The position numbers were made by a program, and so were the translations under genes. 64,000 nucleotides of DNA from Promethearchaeia archaeon. Lineage in GTDB: Archaea > Asgardarchaeota > Lokiarchaeia > Sigyniarchaeales > SOKP01. The notes beneath the pieces are model-generated. The model had not been told where the DNA came from. It saw only the letters and a list, made by a program, of their open reading frames with translations, and did no database searches. The stretch spans positions 448,001 to 512,000 of the forward strand of contig JAHQWG010000016.1 of the NCBI GenBank assembly GCA_029856045.1, given 5' to 3'. Of this stretch, positions 20,328 to 29,111 are shown piece after piece (positions within the stretch are counted from its first letter, which is position 1; each line of letters begins with the position of its first letter).

Positions 20328-20384
20328 ATATTCTAATTACAGAATATTATCAATATAGAATATTATGAGTCAAGAATATTTAAA
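20328..20384 (-). promoter_or_regulatory. Operator array ATATT(C/A)-N8-GAATAT x3 overlapping the TATA box of the PadR operon
   Basis: ATATTC taattaca GAATAT TA tcaatata GAATAT TA tgagtcaa GAATAT; AATATT at 20327, 20343, 20359, 20375 (exact 16-bp period); minus-strand TTTAAATA at 20377-20384. Confidence 0.78.
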
Positions 20385-20659
20385 TGTTTCTATATTAAAA
20401 AAATAAAAAAAATGCCATAATGAAACCAATTATAATAATAAAAAATCCAGAAGCGTTATTAAACTAGAAATCGGTAGTTATCCTTTCTTAAAATCTCTGA
20501 TTTCTTATTTGAAATTTTATTTCTTATTGTTTTCATTTAAAAATATCATTCAAAAATGTGGGTTAAAATTCGAATTACAATTATTCTACTAGGTAAATTT
20601 GTTTTACTCATATAAAAAAAAATTAGAAAATTATTTTTTAAATTCTGCTTTAGAGTTTT

Positions 20660-21352
20660 TTATTTAATTCCGATATATAAGAAAACATTATCTGCTATAA
20701 ATCCGAATCTTGCAAGAAATAAAATTATTCCAGGCTCTAATAATGCGTCCATCACAGCAGCGATACAAAACAAAAAAAATCCAATTGTTAAATATATAAA
20801 TTTCTTCCTTAATTCGCCAGTTAATTGTATTGCCTTTCGTAATGCTCCTACCCCATCAAATAACAAGACAGATACAATAAAAACTGCAATTATAATGAAT
20901 GTAAGAGACGCCGTATTGAAAGATGCATCTATTATATCCTCACCAAGTGGATCTACAAATGGCTTAAATGATCCACTATGTTGAAAGAATAGAAAATATT
21001 CAAAGATAATGCCAATAACAGTATAAATACCAACAAGATACCACTTTGCCTTTTTAGCAATAAGTTCGCCCCCAATCCACATAATAAAAACTATTCCTGG
21101 AGCTACCCACATGTAACTTAAAACGCAATACAAATAATAATCAATGTTATTCCCAGTTAAAAGCACAAACCAAAAATCCGTAGCTGGACCGAGAAGTAAG
21201 AGTCCCATTAAAATCGCCATGAATCCAAAATTCCTAAGAAGTTTTTGTTTCGTTTTTATTGATTTAATAAGGGCAATTAGTCCAACTATTACACCAAAAA
21301 TTACAACAAATAACGCACTTGTTCCCGTTAACCAAAAATTAACTGTAACCAT
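20660..21352 (-). CDS. Stand-alone 7-TM membrane protein
   Basis: Seven hydrophobic segments, no soluble domain; ATG 21352. Confidence 0.75.
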   Translation of the reverse strand: MVTVNFWLTGTSALFVVIFGVIVGLIALIKSIKTKQKLLRNFGFMAILMGLLLLGPATDFWFVLLTGNNIDYYLYCVLSYMWVAPGIVFIMWIGGELIAKKAKWYLVGIYTVIGIIFEYFLFFQHSGSFKPFVDPLGEDIIDASFNTASLTFIIIAVFIVSVLLFDGVGALRKAIQLTGELRKKFIYLTIGFFLFCIAAVMDALLEPGIILFLARFGFIADNVFLYIGIK

Positions 21353-21703
21353 ATCAATCAATCCTTTTTAAATATTTTTTATTTGTAATTATATCTTTAA
21401 TTCTTTTTACTTATAAATATTTTTTATAATATTGTCTACATATTCTATTATTCTAATTTATTATTTTTTGGTATAATTACTAATTATGACATTTATTATT
21501 AAATTAATTTAAGATCCCCTTAAAAATTAATATATAATGATTCCTTTTCAAATTTTTTGCGATTTTTCTTCAGACAATAAATATTTTGGGGGCAAGAATA
21601 AGAAAATTAAGAATATTCAATCCAAATAATTATAAAAATATGAAATTGCTTAAATATTTTCAAAAATTTTATTTAAATTATTAGAATATAATTCAAGATT
21701 AAA

Positions 21704-22975
21704 ATGAATTTCGAAATCGTTATCATTGGAGCGGGTATCACTGGGACTTCATTTGCTTATAAGATTGCAAAATTTGCAAAAACACTACTTCTTGATGCTC
21801 AAGATATAACTCAGCGCCCAAAATCGACAAATATATTTCCATTTCATAATAAATCTTATATTGAAGAATCTGAGTGGTCAAATGAAGAGTTATTCCCAAA
21901 ATATCATCTCAAAACTAATTATATGGGAAGTACATTCAATGGAATTATTAATTCTGAAGAATTTGGTCGCCCTTTGGGTAAAGTAGTTTATTTAGAAAAA
22001 TTACTAGATAGATTAATTCAAAAATTCGAAGAAAAAGGTGGTATCTTTAAAGATAAACAAAAAGTAATAAAAATAAATAAGTATAATGACCATTTAGAAA
22101 TAATTACTAATAGTGGTCAAACTTATTCATGTAAATTATTAGTTTTTGCAACAGGGTCTCGAGCTTTAGATTTACAACGATCAGTGGGATTTGAAACACC
22201 AGATGAGTTTGTAGGTATTTATACACACTTCTATGGAGATGAAGATAAATTAAATGAAAATTTGGATGTAAATTATCTCTTTCATATTAATATGAAAATA
22301 AGTCGTAATGGCCCACTATTTATAAATAAGGGAATAGAGAGACTATCTATAGGTTTCTTAGGAGATAATCAGCCAATTCAAGAACTCGGTTTAAAATTAA
22401 ATAATATTATTAATAATTATAAAAAAATTCAACCATTTATTAAAGGATTAACACGGGATTCTAAAGCAATTGTAGCAAAAATCTCAAAACACCCAATTAA
22501 ATCATTTTCTCGTGATAGAATGCTAGTTTTGGGTGAAGCTGCAGGTTTAGTTACCCCATTTTTCTGGGAGGGAATTTTATGTGGGTTGGTATCAGCAGAG
22601 GTTGCATCATATATAATTAAATCGTTAATGGAAAATAATAGTGATTTTAACCAACTATCTCTTAAACAGTATGATAACGAAATCACTCGTGTTTTTACAA
22701 ATTTTTTTAAAAATGGAAAAGGTTCAGAATATATCTTCTATAATGCTGGTTCTAATATGCAATTAATTTGGGATTCTTATACAAAATCGATTTTTAAAGA
22801 TAAAAAACTAAGAAGATATATTTATGAAGCATATCAAATCGAGGACATTGAAGCTCTCACTAATTATGATACAAGTAGAGATCGATATGCTGGGGAGAGA
22901 ATGTTAGCTAATTTGCCCTTCTTATCCAAAATAAGTTTAGCCCCCTTTTTTTTAAAGGCTATGTTAAAATTATAA
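21704..22975 (+). CDS. FAD-dependent oxidoreductase, geranylgeranyl reductase-like
   Basis: IIGAGITG dinucleotide fold, VFATGS, LVLGEAAGLVTPFFWEGI. Confidence 0.8.
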   Translation: MNFEIVIIGAGITGTSFAYKIAKFAKTLLLDAQDITQRPKSTNIFPFHNKSYIEESEWSNEELFPKYHLKTNYMGSTFNGIINSEEFGRPLGKVVYLEKLLDRLIQKFEEKGGIFKDKQKVIKINKYNDHLEIITNSGQTYSCKLLVFATGSRALDLQRSVGFETPDEFVGIYTHFYGDEDKLNENLDVNYLFHINMKISRNGPLFINKGIERLSIGFLGDNQPIQELGLKLNNIINNYKKIQPFIKGLTRDSKAIVAKISKHPIKSFSRDRMLVLGEAAGLVTPFFWEGILCGLVSAEVASYIIKSLMENNSDFNQLSLKQYDNEITRVFTNFFKNGKGSEYIFYNAGSNMQLIWDSYTKSIFKDKKLRRYIYEAYQIEDIEALTNYDTSRDRYAGERMLANLPFLSKISLAPFFLKAMLKL

Positions 22976-22997
22976 AAAAGATTTAGTAAAGATTATT

Positions 22998-24989
22998 TTA
23001 TTCTCCTTCTTGATCTTCAAATAAACCTAAATTGGGGTCTAGGAATTGATTACTACACATAGGACAAGAATTAAATTTTGAAAGCCAATAAGCAACGCAT
23101 AGATAATGAAACACACTGCCGCAGAATGGACACACAATAATATTTTCTTTCGCAATATTAATATATTTATGGCATACAGTGCAGTGGACATCAGAGACTG
23201 AAATTCCTTCCCGTAATTTAATACGAGAGGATAGAATTTCTTCCAATTTTGACATTTCTTCTTGATAAAGTCTTTTTTCTCGATTTGATTTTTTTATTTG
23301 GGAATCAATTGATTGAATTCTTTCCTTTAATTCATCATCAGATAATTTTTCTGGAAAAAGTGTTGTAAAACGATAATTCAGTGGAATCTCATGTTCATGT
23401 AATCCAATATTTTTTATCGTACTAAAAAGTATTTCTTCTTCTCCAAGTATTTCTTTAAATGAAATAAAAAGTTTAGAAATTAATAAGTATAGTGCAAATT
23501 TCATTTGATTTGTTTTTTCAGTAAAATTTTTTTCCCATTTTTTTATAAGACTGTATGGACTAACTCCTCTCTTTCTAATATCTTCAAATATTTTTGTAAT
23601 CTCTTTTTGGATTTTAGTAGTTTCTACCGTATATTTTCTCAGCATATTTTTTATATTTTCTAATTCAGGAAACTCCTGATTTATAGTCTTAGAGGTTTCT
23701 TGTTGATAAAAATCCAGCATATGATTTAATTTTGCCATATTATTATCAATAAGAGTTTTTACTTCAGCTTTTACATTCTCTTCATATATAGATTGAGCAG
23801 AATTCTCAAAGATTTCCACCCTGCGCTGAATTTCTGAATTTATATTATTTATCGTTTTTCTTATATTTAATGTGACCTCATCATAAGGTTTCAAATAATT
23901 TTCAAATTCTAAAATCCAATCTACAATATCATCTAATAGCTTTACTATCTGGCGTTTTTTTAAGTTCAACTGGGCTGTACAATCTTGTTCTTCAATCTTC
24001 TCTTGATAATAAGTTTCAATTTTTTCAAAAATCTTAAATATTGTTTTAGAAATGAAATTATTAATATCACCTTGCTTTAACTCTTCTAAAATTTTATTTA
24101 ATTCTCTCTTAGTAATAATTTTTATCTCATCATAAATTTCATTCCTTTGTAAAAGCAAATCAGTTATGAAATCCTTTAATAACTCAATAAAAAATGAACG
24201 TAATTTCTTTTTAATCTCTGCTTTCTCTGTAGAATCTTTAAATTTTTCAATTTTACTAATATAAAAGATTCCTATTGAATAACATAGATATAAATAATCA
24301 TAAATAAGCACGGATTTGAAGTTACTAGATTCTTTAAAATCAGAAATTATATCATGTATATAAAAAACACTATTATTTTCACGACCTTCATTAATAAAAG
24401 GGATTTCGCCGTGCTTTTTTGTGATTTCATATAATTCTTTTATTGGCTCCCAAATTTCAAGATCAAGTGGAAGTTTTTTGGAAATAAAAGCAATTTTCTT
24501 AAGTATCGAACTTTCAATAAATATATAAATTTCATTTTTAAATTTGGATTGGAACTTTTGCTTATTAGCTTGAATAAAATCAATAAGATTTTCGCATTGA
24601 TCTCTTGAATATTTAATTTTTTTAAATATTTTCTCAAATAGTTTCTTATTTTTAATTATCCCTCTTACATTTCTCATGTCTAAGAAGATAATTCTAATCC
24701 TCCGCTTAATTCGTATTAATTCCCCTAAAATTTCTGATAGAAAATAAAATAGTTTATTTAAATTCCCAATATCGAAATAATTGCTAAAGAAATCTTCTAA
24801 ATTTATTAAGTATTCAGAAATACTATTAAAATCTTCTAAATTAAATTTTGAGGAAATAAAGTTTGTAAATTCTAATTTAGTTGATCTTTTTTTCTCAAAA
24901 TCAATTATTTGTTTTTTTATTTCTTCAATTTTTTGTTTTGTAAACCCTTTTACATCATTAAAAATAAATTTGTTACTATTAAATAACAT
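22998..24989 (-). CDS. Long helical/coiled-coil protein with C-terminal C4HC3 RING finger (putative E3 ligase)
   Basis: CTVC-x13-CPFC-x4-H-x2-C(VAYW)-x10-CPMC after a long coiled coil. Confidence 0.78.
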   Translation of the reverse strand: MLFNSNKFIFNDVKGFTKQKIEEIKKQIIDFEKKRSTKLEFTNFISSKFNLEDFNSISEYLINLEDFFSNYFDIGNLNKLFYFLSEILGELIRIKRRIRIIFLDMRNVRGIIKNKKLFEKIFKKIKYSRDQCENLIDFIQANKQKFQSKFKNEIYIFIESSILKKIAFISKKLPLDLEIWEPIKELYEITKKHGEIPFINEGRENNSVFYIHDIISDFKESSNFKSVLIYDYLYLCYSIGIFYISKIEKFKDSTEKAEIKKKLRSFFIELLKDFITDLLLQRNEIYDEIKIITKRELNKILEELKQGDINNFISKTIFKIFEKIETYYQEKIEEQDCTAQLNLKKRQIVKLLDDIVDWILEFENYLKPYDEVTLNIRKTINNINSEIQRRVEIFENSAQSIYEENVKAEVKTLIDNNMAKLNHMLDFYQQETSKTINQEFPELENIKNMLRKYTVETTKIQKEITKIFEDIRKRGVSPYSLIKKWEKNFTEKTNQMKFALYLLISKLFISFKEILGEEEILFSTIKNIGLHEHEIPLNYRFTTLFPEKLSDDELKERIQSIDSQIKKSNREKRLYQEEMSKLEEILSSRIKLREGISVSDVHCTVCHKYINIAKENIIVCPFCGSVFHYLCVAYWLSKFNSCPMCSNQFLDPNLGLFEDQEGE

Positions 24990-25027
24990 TAAATAGTCTT
25001 TTTTATTCTAAAATAAGTTAATAATAT

Positions 25028-25645
25028 CTATTCGCCTAATTCATTTAACTCGAAATATTTTTCCTTATATCCTGCATCAGTTATTGTTAAAATATCAATA
25101 CCATTACCTGACATTGCATCTCTTGCTATCGCAGAACGTATTATTTTTTCTATTAATTTTTCACCTTTTACAATTGTAATTTCTGAGTTATATTCTGATT
25201 CAAGCATTCCGACCATCATCAGCATACTCGTACCCCCTACTCCGTAGTCATCAGGCATCAAAGATCCGATTGCATCTAATGTATAAAGCTTTGGTCCATC
25301 AAGATCTACTCCAGCTATAACAACATTTGTAAATAATGGAAACATTTTCCGATAATACAGATAATTACTTAACATTTTACCCATACTTTTTGTAGAAATT
25401 CTTGAACCAGCTTCGTATTGATATAAATTTGCTCTAGCTTTCATAATTTTCACCAAAATCTGAAAATCTCCAATTAACCCATATGCTGAAAGGCCAATAT
25501 GATCGGTTAATGGAAATACCTTTTTGGTTGATTTATTAGTAACAGTATAACCTAAAGTAGCCCGTCGATCATTACCTAAAACCACCCCATCTTTGCATTT
25601 TATTGCGACCGAAGCCGCTCCTGGAACCATGAATTCCATGCTCAT
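25028..25645 (-). CDS. psmB: 20S proteasome beta subunit (probably non-catalytic)
   Basis: PG|AASVAIKCKDGVVLGNDRRAT...KKVF, GLIGDFQ, RDAMSGNGIDI; Thr1 replaced by Ala. Confidence 0.93.
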   Translation of the reverse strand: MSMEFMVPGAASVAIKCKDGVVLGNDRRATLGYTVTNKSTKKVFPLTDHIGLSAYGLIGDFQILVKIMKARANLYQYEAGSRISTKSMGKMLSNYLYYRKMFPLFTNVVIAGVDLDGPKLYTLDAIGSLMPDDYGVGGTSMLMMVGMLESEYNSEITIVKGEKLIEKIIRSAIARDAMSGNGIDILTITDAGYKEKYFELNELGE

Positions 25646-25937
25646 TTCCCTTCGCTTTTTTTCTTATTTAATCCTTATTCTCATTATTAAATTAGAACTT
25701 ATTAATTTAATATATAATTTACCTTAAATTTCTTTTCCAAATATTTAATAAATCTAAAGCCTAGCCTACCTTTGATCAAATATTTTTCTCTTGTCAAAAT
25801 AATATATAGATTGAATTAATATTATATTTTATATAACTCACTATATTTATTATACCGATAAGTATAGTTAGATAAATTAATCCAAGAGAAAAAAAAAAAA
25901 AATAAAAAAAATGATATTTACTAATCTGGAACTCGAG

Positions 25938-26156
25938 TTAGAAATATTTGATTGCTAAAAGCAAATCATCCTTTGTTACTTTCTTTCTTCCTGCATGATT
26001 ACAGAATGTGATAGCTTGTTTAGTAATAGCGGTAGCTGTATTTTCTAAATTTTCAATCAAGAGATCTACTGCATCTCTCGCAACAATGGTTGCACCTTGC
26101 TTTTTCATTAATCTCCTAACTGGACTCCAGGCGAAAGAGTGTTTCTTTTTTGCCAT
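25938..26156 (-). CDS. Archaeal histone (HMf-like fold)
   Basis: FAWSPVRRLMK..GA..VARDAV...A...HAGRKKVTKDD histone-fold motifs; GGAGG RBS. Confidence 0.93.
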   Translation of the reverse strand: MAKKKHSFAWSPVRRLMKKQGATIVARDAVDLLIENLENTATAITKQAITFCNHAGRKKVTKDDLLLAIKYF

Positions 26157-26837
26157 AATTTTATTCCTCCAATTTTTTTTTCTAAAATTTCAGTTTTTAA
26201 TTTTTTTTAATTTAATTTTTATTAGAGACTTAGTTTAAATTATAAGCATTCGTATATTTAAACCTTTTGCCAAGAAGGATATTTTTAAAAACATAAAGTA
26301 AAAATCGACAAAAATTGGAAATTATATTTTGGTAAAATTTTCTTAGAATAAAGCCAATAAAAATTACTTAAAGAAGGAAAATGCAAAGTTAAAAACTTTT
26401 ATTAAGAATAATAGAAAAAATTTTTAGGTTATATATTGAAATTGAATGTGATATTTCATTAAAAATTCTTATTTTAAAGGACTTAAAATTAAAATCTATA
26501 GCCAATATTAGTAATATTTGTTTTTTTTTTAAGATTTTCCATAAATCTTCATATGAATGTTAAATACAATGGATCTTAGCATTTTTAATAAATATTTAAT
26601 AAATTTTAAATTCAATTAAATTTATTCAATTTAATTTTTCTTGTAGAAGATCAGCTTATAAATAATTTTTGCTCTTTCAAACATAAGTAATAATACATTT
26701 ACTTTGATAGTGTGATTTAAATTAAAAATTTGTAAGATTATTAAATATATAGCAGTTTTAAAGCATTCTTAAAAATTATTAAATAATACAAAAAATTAAT
26801 TTAATTATCACAATCAAATCCAACTATTTTGATAAAT

Positions 26838-27503
26838 ATGGTTCTGAAAGAAGAATTAGAAAAGAAAAAAATAGCTGAAGAACACGAAAAAAATGGCAAA
26901 ACTAAGCAATATTTATTTGATTCGATGAAGTTAATTGTTGAAAATATAAATAAAAATATAAATCATCTTTCCGATAATTGGAAATTTACAAAGTCTTTCA
27001 TAGATATTATATATGAAGGAATAAAAACCAAAAGACATTTCTTCTTATTAGCATCAGGCAGGAGTGCTATGATATTACAATGTTTTGCAACGCGATTAGT
27101 CCATTTGGGAGGGAAAGCGTTTATGGTTTCTAATTTACAAAGCATTCCTGCTATGAAAAAGAAAGATATATTAATTGTTCTGTCAGGATCAGGGACTACT
27201 TCAGTAGTTCAAAGTCTTTTGGGGTCTTATGTAAATTCTGTAATTCCACACGCAATAATTGTAATAACATCATATCCTGATACCACTATTGGCAGAATGG
27301 GGGATTTAACAATCAAATTATTAGGAAGAACAAAAAGAGATCAAGAAGCAAAAGAGGATGAGCTCGAAGCAATTCTTACTCCAGAAGGAACAGCGTTTGA
27401 ACAAATTGCTTTTACCTATTTAGATGCGGTAGTTGCTGAACTAGCAGTACGCTTGAATAAAACTAATAAAGACATGTTAAAAAAGCACTCACAAGGGACT
27501 TAA
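26838..27503 (+). CDS. hxlB: SIS-domain 6-phospho-3-hexuloisomerase-like protein
   Basis: ASGRS...FATRLVHLG, DILIVLSGSGTT, LTPEGTAFEQ...YLDAVV. Confidence 0.8.
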   Translation: MVLKEELEKKKIAEEHEKNGKTKQYLFDSMKLIVENINKNINHLSDNWKFTKSFIDIIYEGIKTKRHFFLLASGRSAMILQCFATRLVHLGGKAFMVSNLQSIPAMKKKDILIVLSGSGTTSVVQSLLGSYVNSVIPHAIIVITSYPDTTIGRMGDLTIKLLGRTKRDQEAKEDELEAILTPEGTAFEQIAFTYLDAVVAELAVRLNKTNKDMLKKHSQGT

Positions 27504-27604
27504 ATTCAATTTATTAAATTATGATATTTAATTTTTGATTTAAGTCAATTTTTGATTATTTTTTTTACCCAAATATTAAAATAACTAATTAAATTTTATA
27601 TCAA

Positions 27605-27713
27605 TGCACCTGTCTATAGTATTTTTTTGAGATTCTAATTTTGGAAACAATGAAAAAAAAACTCCAGCAGGTGCACATCAAATTAACTTTACTTTTACAA
27701 ATCAACTTGGAGT
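27605..27713 (+). ncRNA. Candidate structured RNA / 5' leader upstream of the radical SAM gene
   Basis: TGCACCTG (27605-12) and CAGGTGCA (27668-75) close an extended imperfect hairpin containing TTG-GAAA-CAA; ACTCCAG (27661-67) is complementary to TTGGAGT (27707-13). Confidence 0.35.
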
Positions 27714-27725
27714 AAAAAATATTAA

Positions 27726-29030
27726 ATGAGTTTGGAAAAAAAATCTTTAATTTTATTTAATTATTCAAAACCTAATACTTATTCCTATGCTGCTTTAATG
27801 GGCTCATTAGATTCTTTCTCTGATTTTTCTGATAATTTTGAAATAAAAATAATCAACCAAAATTTATTTAAATTTCTTAAAAATGAACAAAATTGGCAGA
27901 ATTATTCCAATTATAAACATATTATTTTATTATATTCACTATTCTCTGAGCAGTTTCTTGGATTTTCAGATAAAATATTTAAAATTAAAAAATTATTTAA
28001 AGAACATATAGAGAAATCACCTATAATAATTGCTGGTGGCCCTCATCCAAGCGCAAGACCTATAGAAGTGTTAAATACAGGCGTAGATATTGTTATTCAG
28101 GGAGAAGGAGAGTATAATTTTCCGAGAATTATAAATTGGATCCATCAAAAAGATTATTTAGATGAATCTTATGATGATTATCGAGGTAAAGGTGGAATAT
28201 ATTATTACTATAATAGCAAATTATGTTCAAAAGAAAGTTCGGAACGTTTAAATTTAGACAATTACTCATCGATATCTTTCAAACACAGATTATTTGGTCC
28301 AGTAGAAATTTCTCGTGGGTGTCCATTCTGTTGTAAATTTTGTCAATATGGAAATTTCTATAACAATATGAAGCATAAATCTATTAAGACAATATTTAAA
28401 ACTATAGAAAAAGCAGTTGAAGTGAAATATGATAAAATATGGTTTCTTTCATCGAATTCTTTTGCTTATGGATCAAAATCTCTAAACCCAAATCCAGGGA
28501 AGGTGAAAGAATTATTAGGTAAACTTTATAAAATTGAAGGTTTAAATGAGATCTATTTTGGTACATTTCCAAGTGAAGTTAGACCTGAATTTGTAACACG
28601 TGAAATTATAGACGCTTGTCTACCATACATTTCAAATAAATATTTTGTTATTGGAGCTCAAACGGCTTCAAATCGATTATTACAATATATTAACCGAGGT
28701 CACACATTTGAAGATGTCTTGAATGCTATAGACATTTTAAAGGAATATGGATTTAATTGTCATCTAGATTTTATTTTTGGACTTCCCTCAGAAACTTCAG
28801 AAGATATTGACAAAAACATCAATTTTTTTAAATATGTTCTTAATAAAAATAATATTAAAATTCATTCACACACTTTTATGCCTTTACCTGGTTCTAAATT
28901 TGAAAATGAGCCCGCCGGAAAAGTTTCAAATCGACTGCAAAAAATTTTGAGACAATTAATTAGTCAGGGTAAGGCATACGGTCAATATCAAAATCAATTG
29001 AAAGTAGGTCAATTGATCGAAAATCTTTAA
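27726..29030 (+). CDS. B12-binding-domain radical SAM protein (MJ1487/TIGR04013-like)
   Basis: IAGGPHPS, GEGE, EISRGCPFCCKFCQ, GTFPSEVRPE, RGHT, DFIFGLP, HTFMPLPG. Confidence 0.88.
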   Translation: MSLEKKSLILFNYSKPNTYSYAALMGSLDSFSDFSDNFEIKIINQNLFKFLKNEQNWQNYSNYKHIILLYSLFSEQFLGFSDKIFKIKKLFKEHIEKSPIIIAGGPHPSARPIEVLNTGVDIVIQGEGEYNFPRIINWIHQKDYLDESYDDYRGKGGIYYYYNSKLCSKESSERLNLDNYSSISFKHRLFGPVEISRGCPFCCKFCQYGNFYNNMKHKSIKTIFKTIEKAVEVKYDKIWFLSSNSFAYGSKSLNPNPGKVKELLGKLYKIEGLNEIYFGTFPSEVRPEFVTREIIDACLPYISNKYFVIGAQTASNRLLQYINRGHTFEDVLNAIDILKEYGFNCHLDFIFGLPSETSEDIDKNINFFKYVLNKNNIKIHSHTFMPLPGSKFENEPAGKVSNRLQKILRQLISQGKAYGQYQNQLKVGQLIENL

Positions 29031-29111
29031 AAAGAATTTATAATGAAAGGTGGAAAATTTATTCTAATATATTGAAAAGCTTTAATAAAATAAAATCTAG
29101 ATTAAATTAAA

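Noticed and set aside
20327-20380. Short regularly spaced repeats as a mini-CRISPR
   Set aside because: The period is only 16 bp with 8-nt spacers and no cas genes; it fits a transcription-factor operator.
26157-26837. Long AT-rich intergenic region as a replication origin or RNA gene
   Set aside because: No ORB-like repeats, no adjacent cdc6/orc1 and no GC-rich stems; divergent promoters explain it.
27605-27675. SECIS element (opposed UGA/GA, as in Loki/eukaryotic SECIS)
   Set aside because: There is no proper ~11-bp upper helix with an apical AA loop, and the neighbouring genes have no in-frame TGA.
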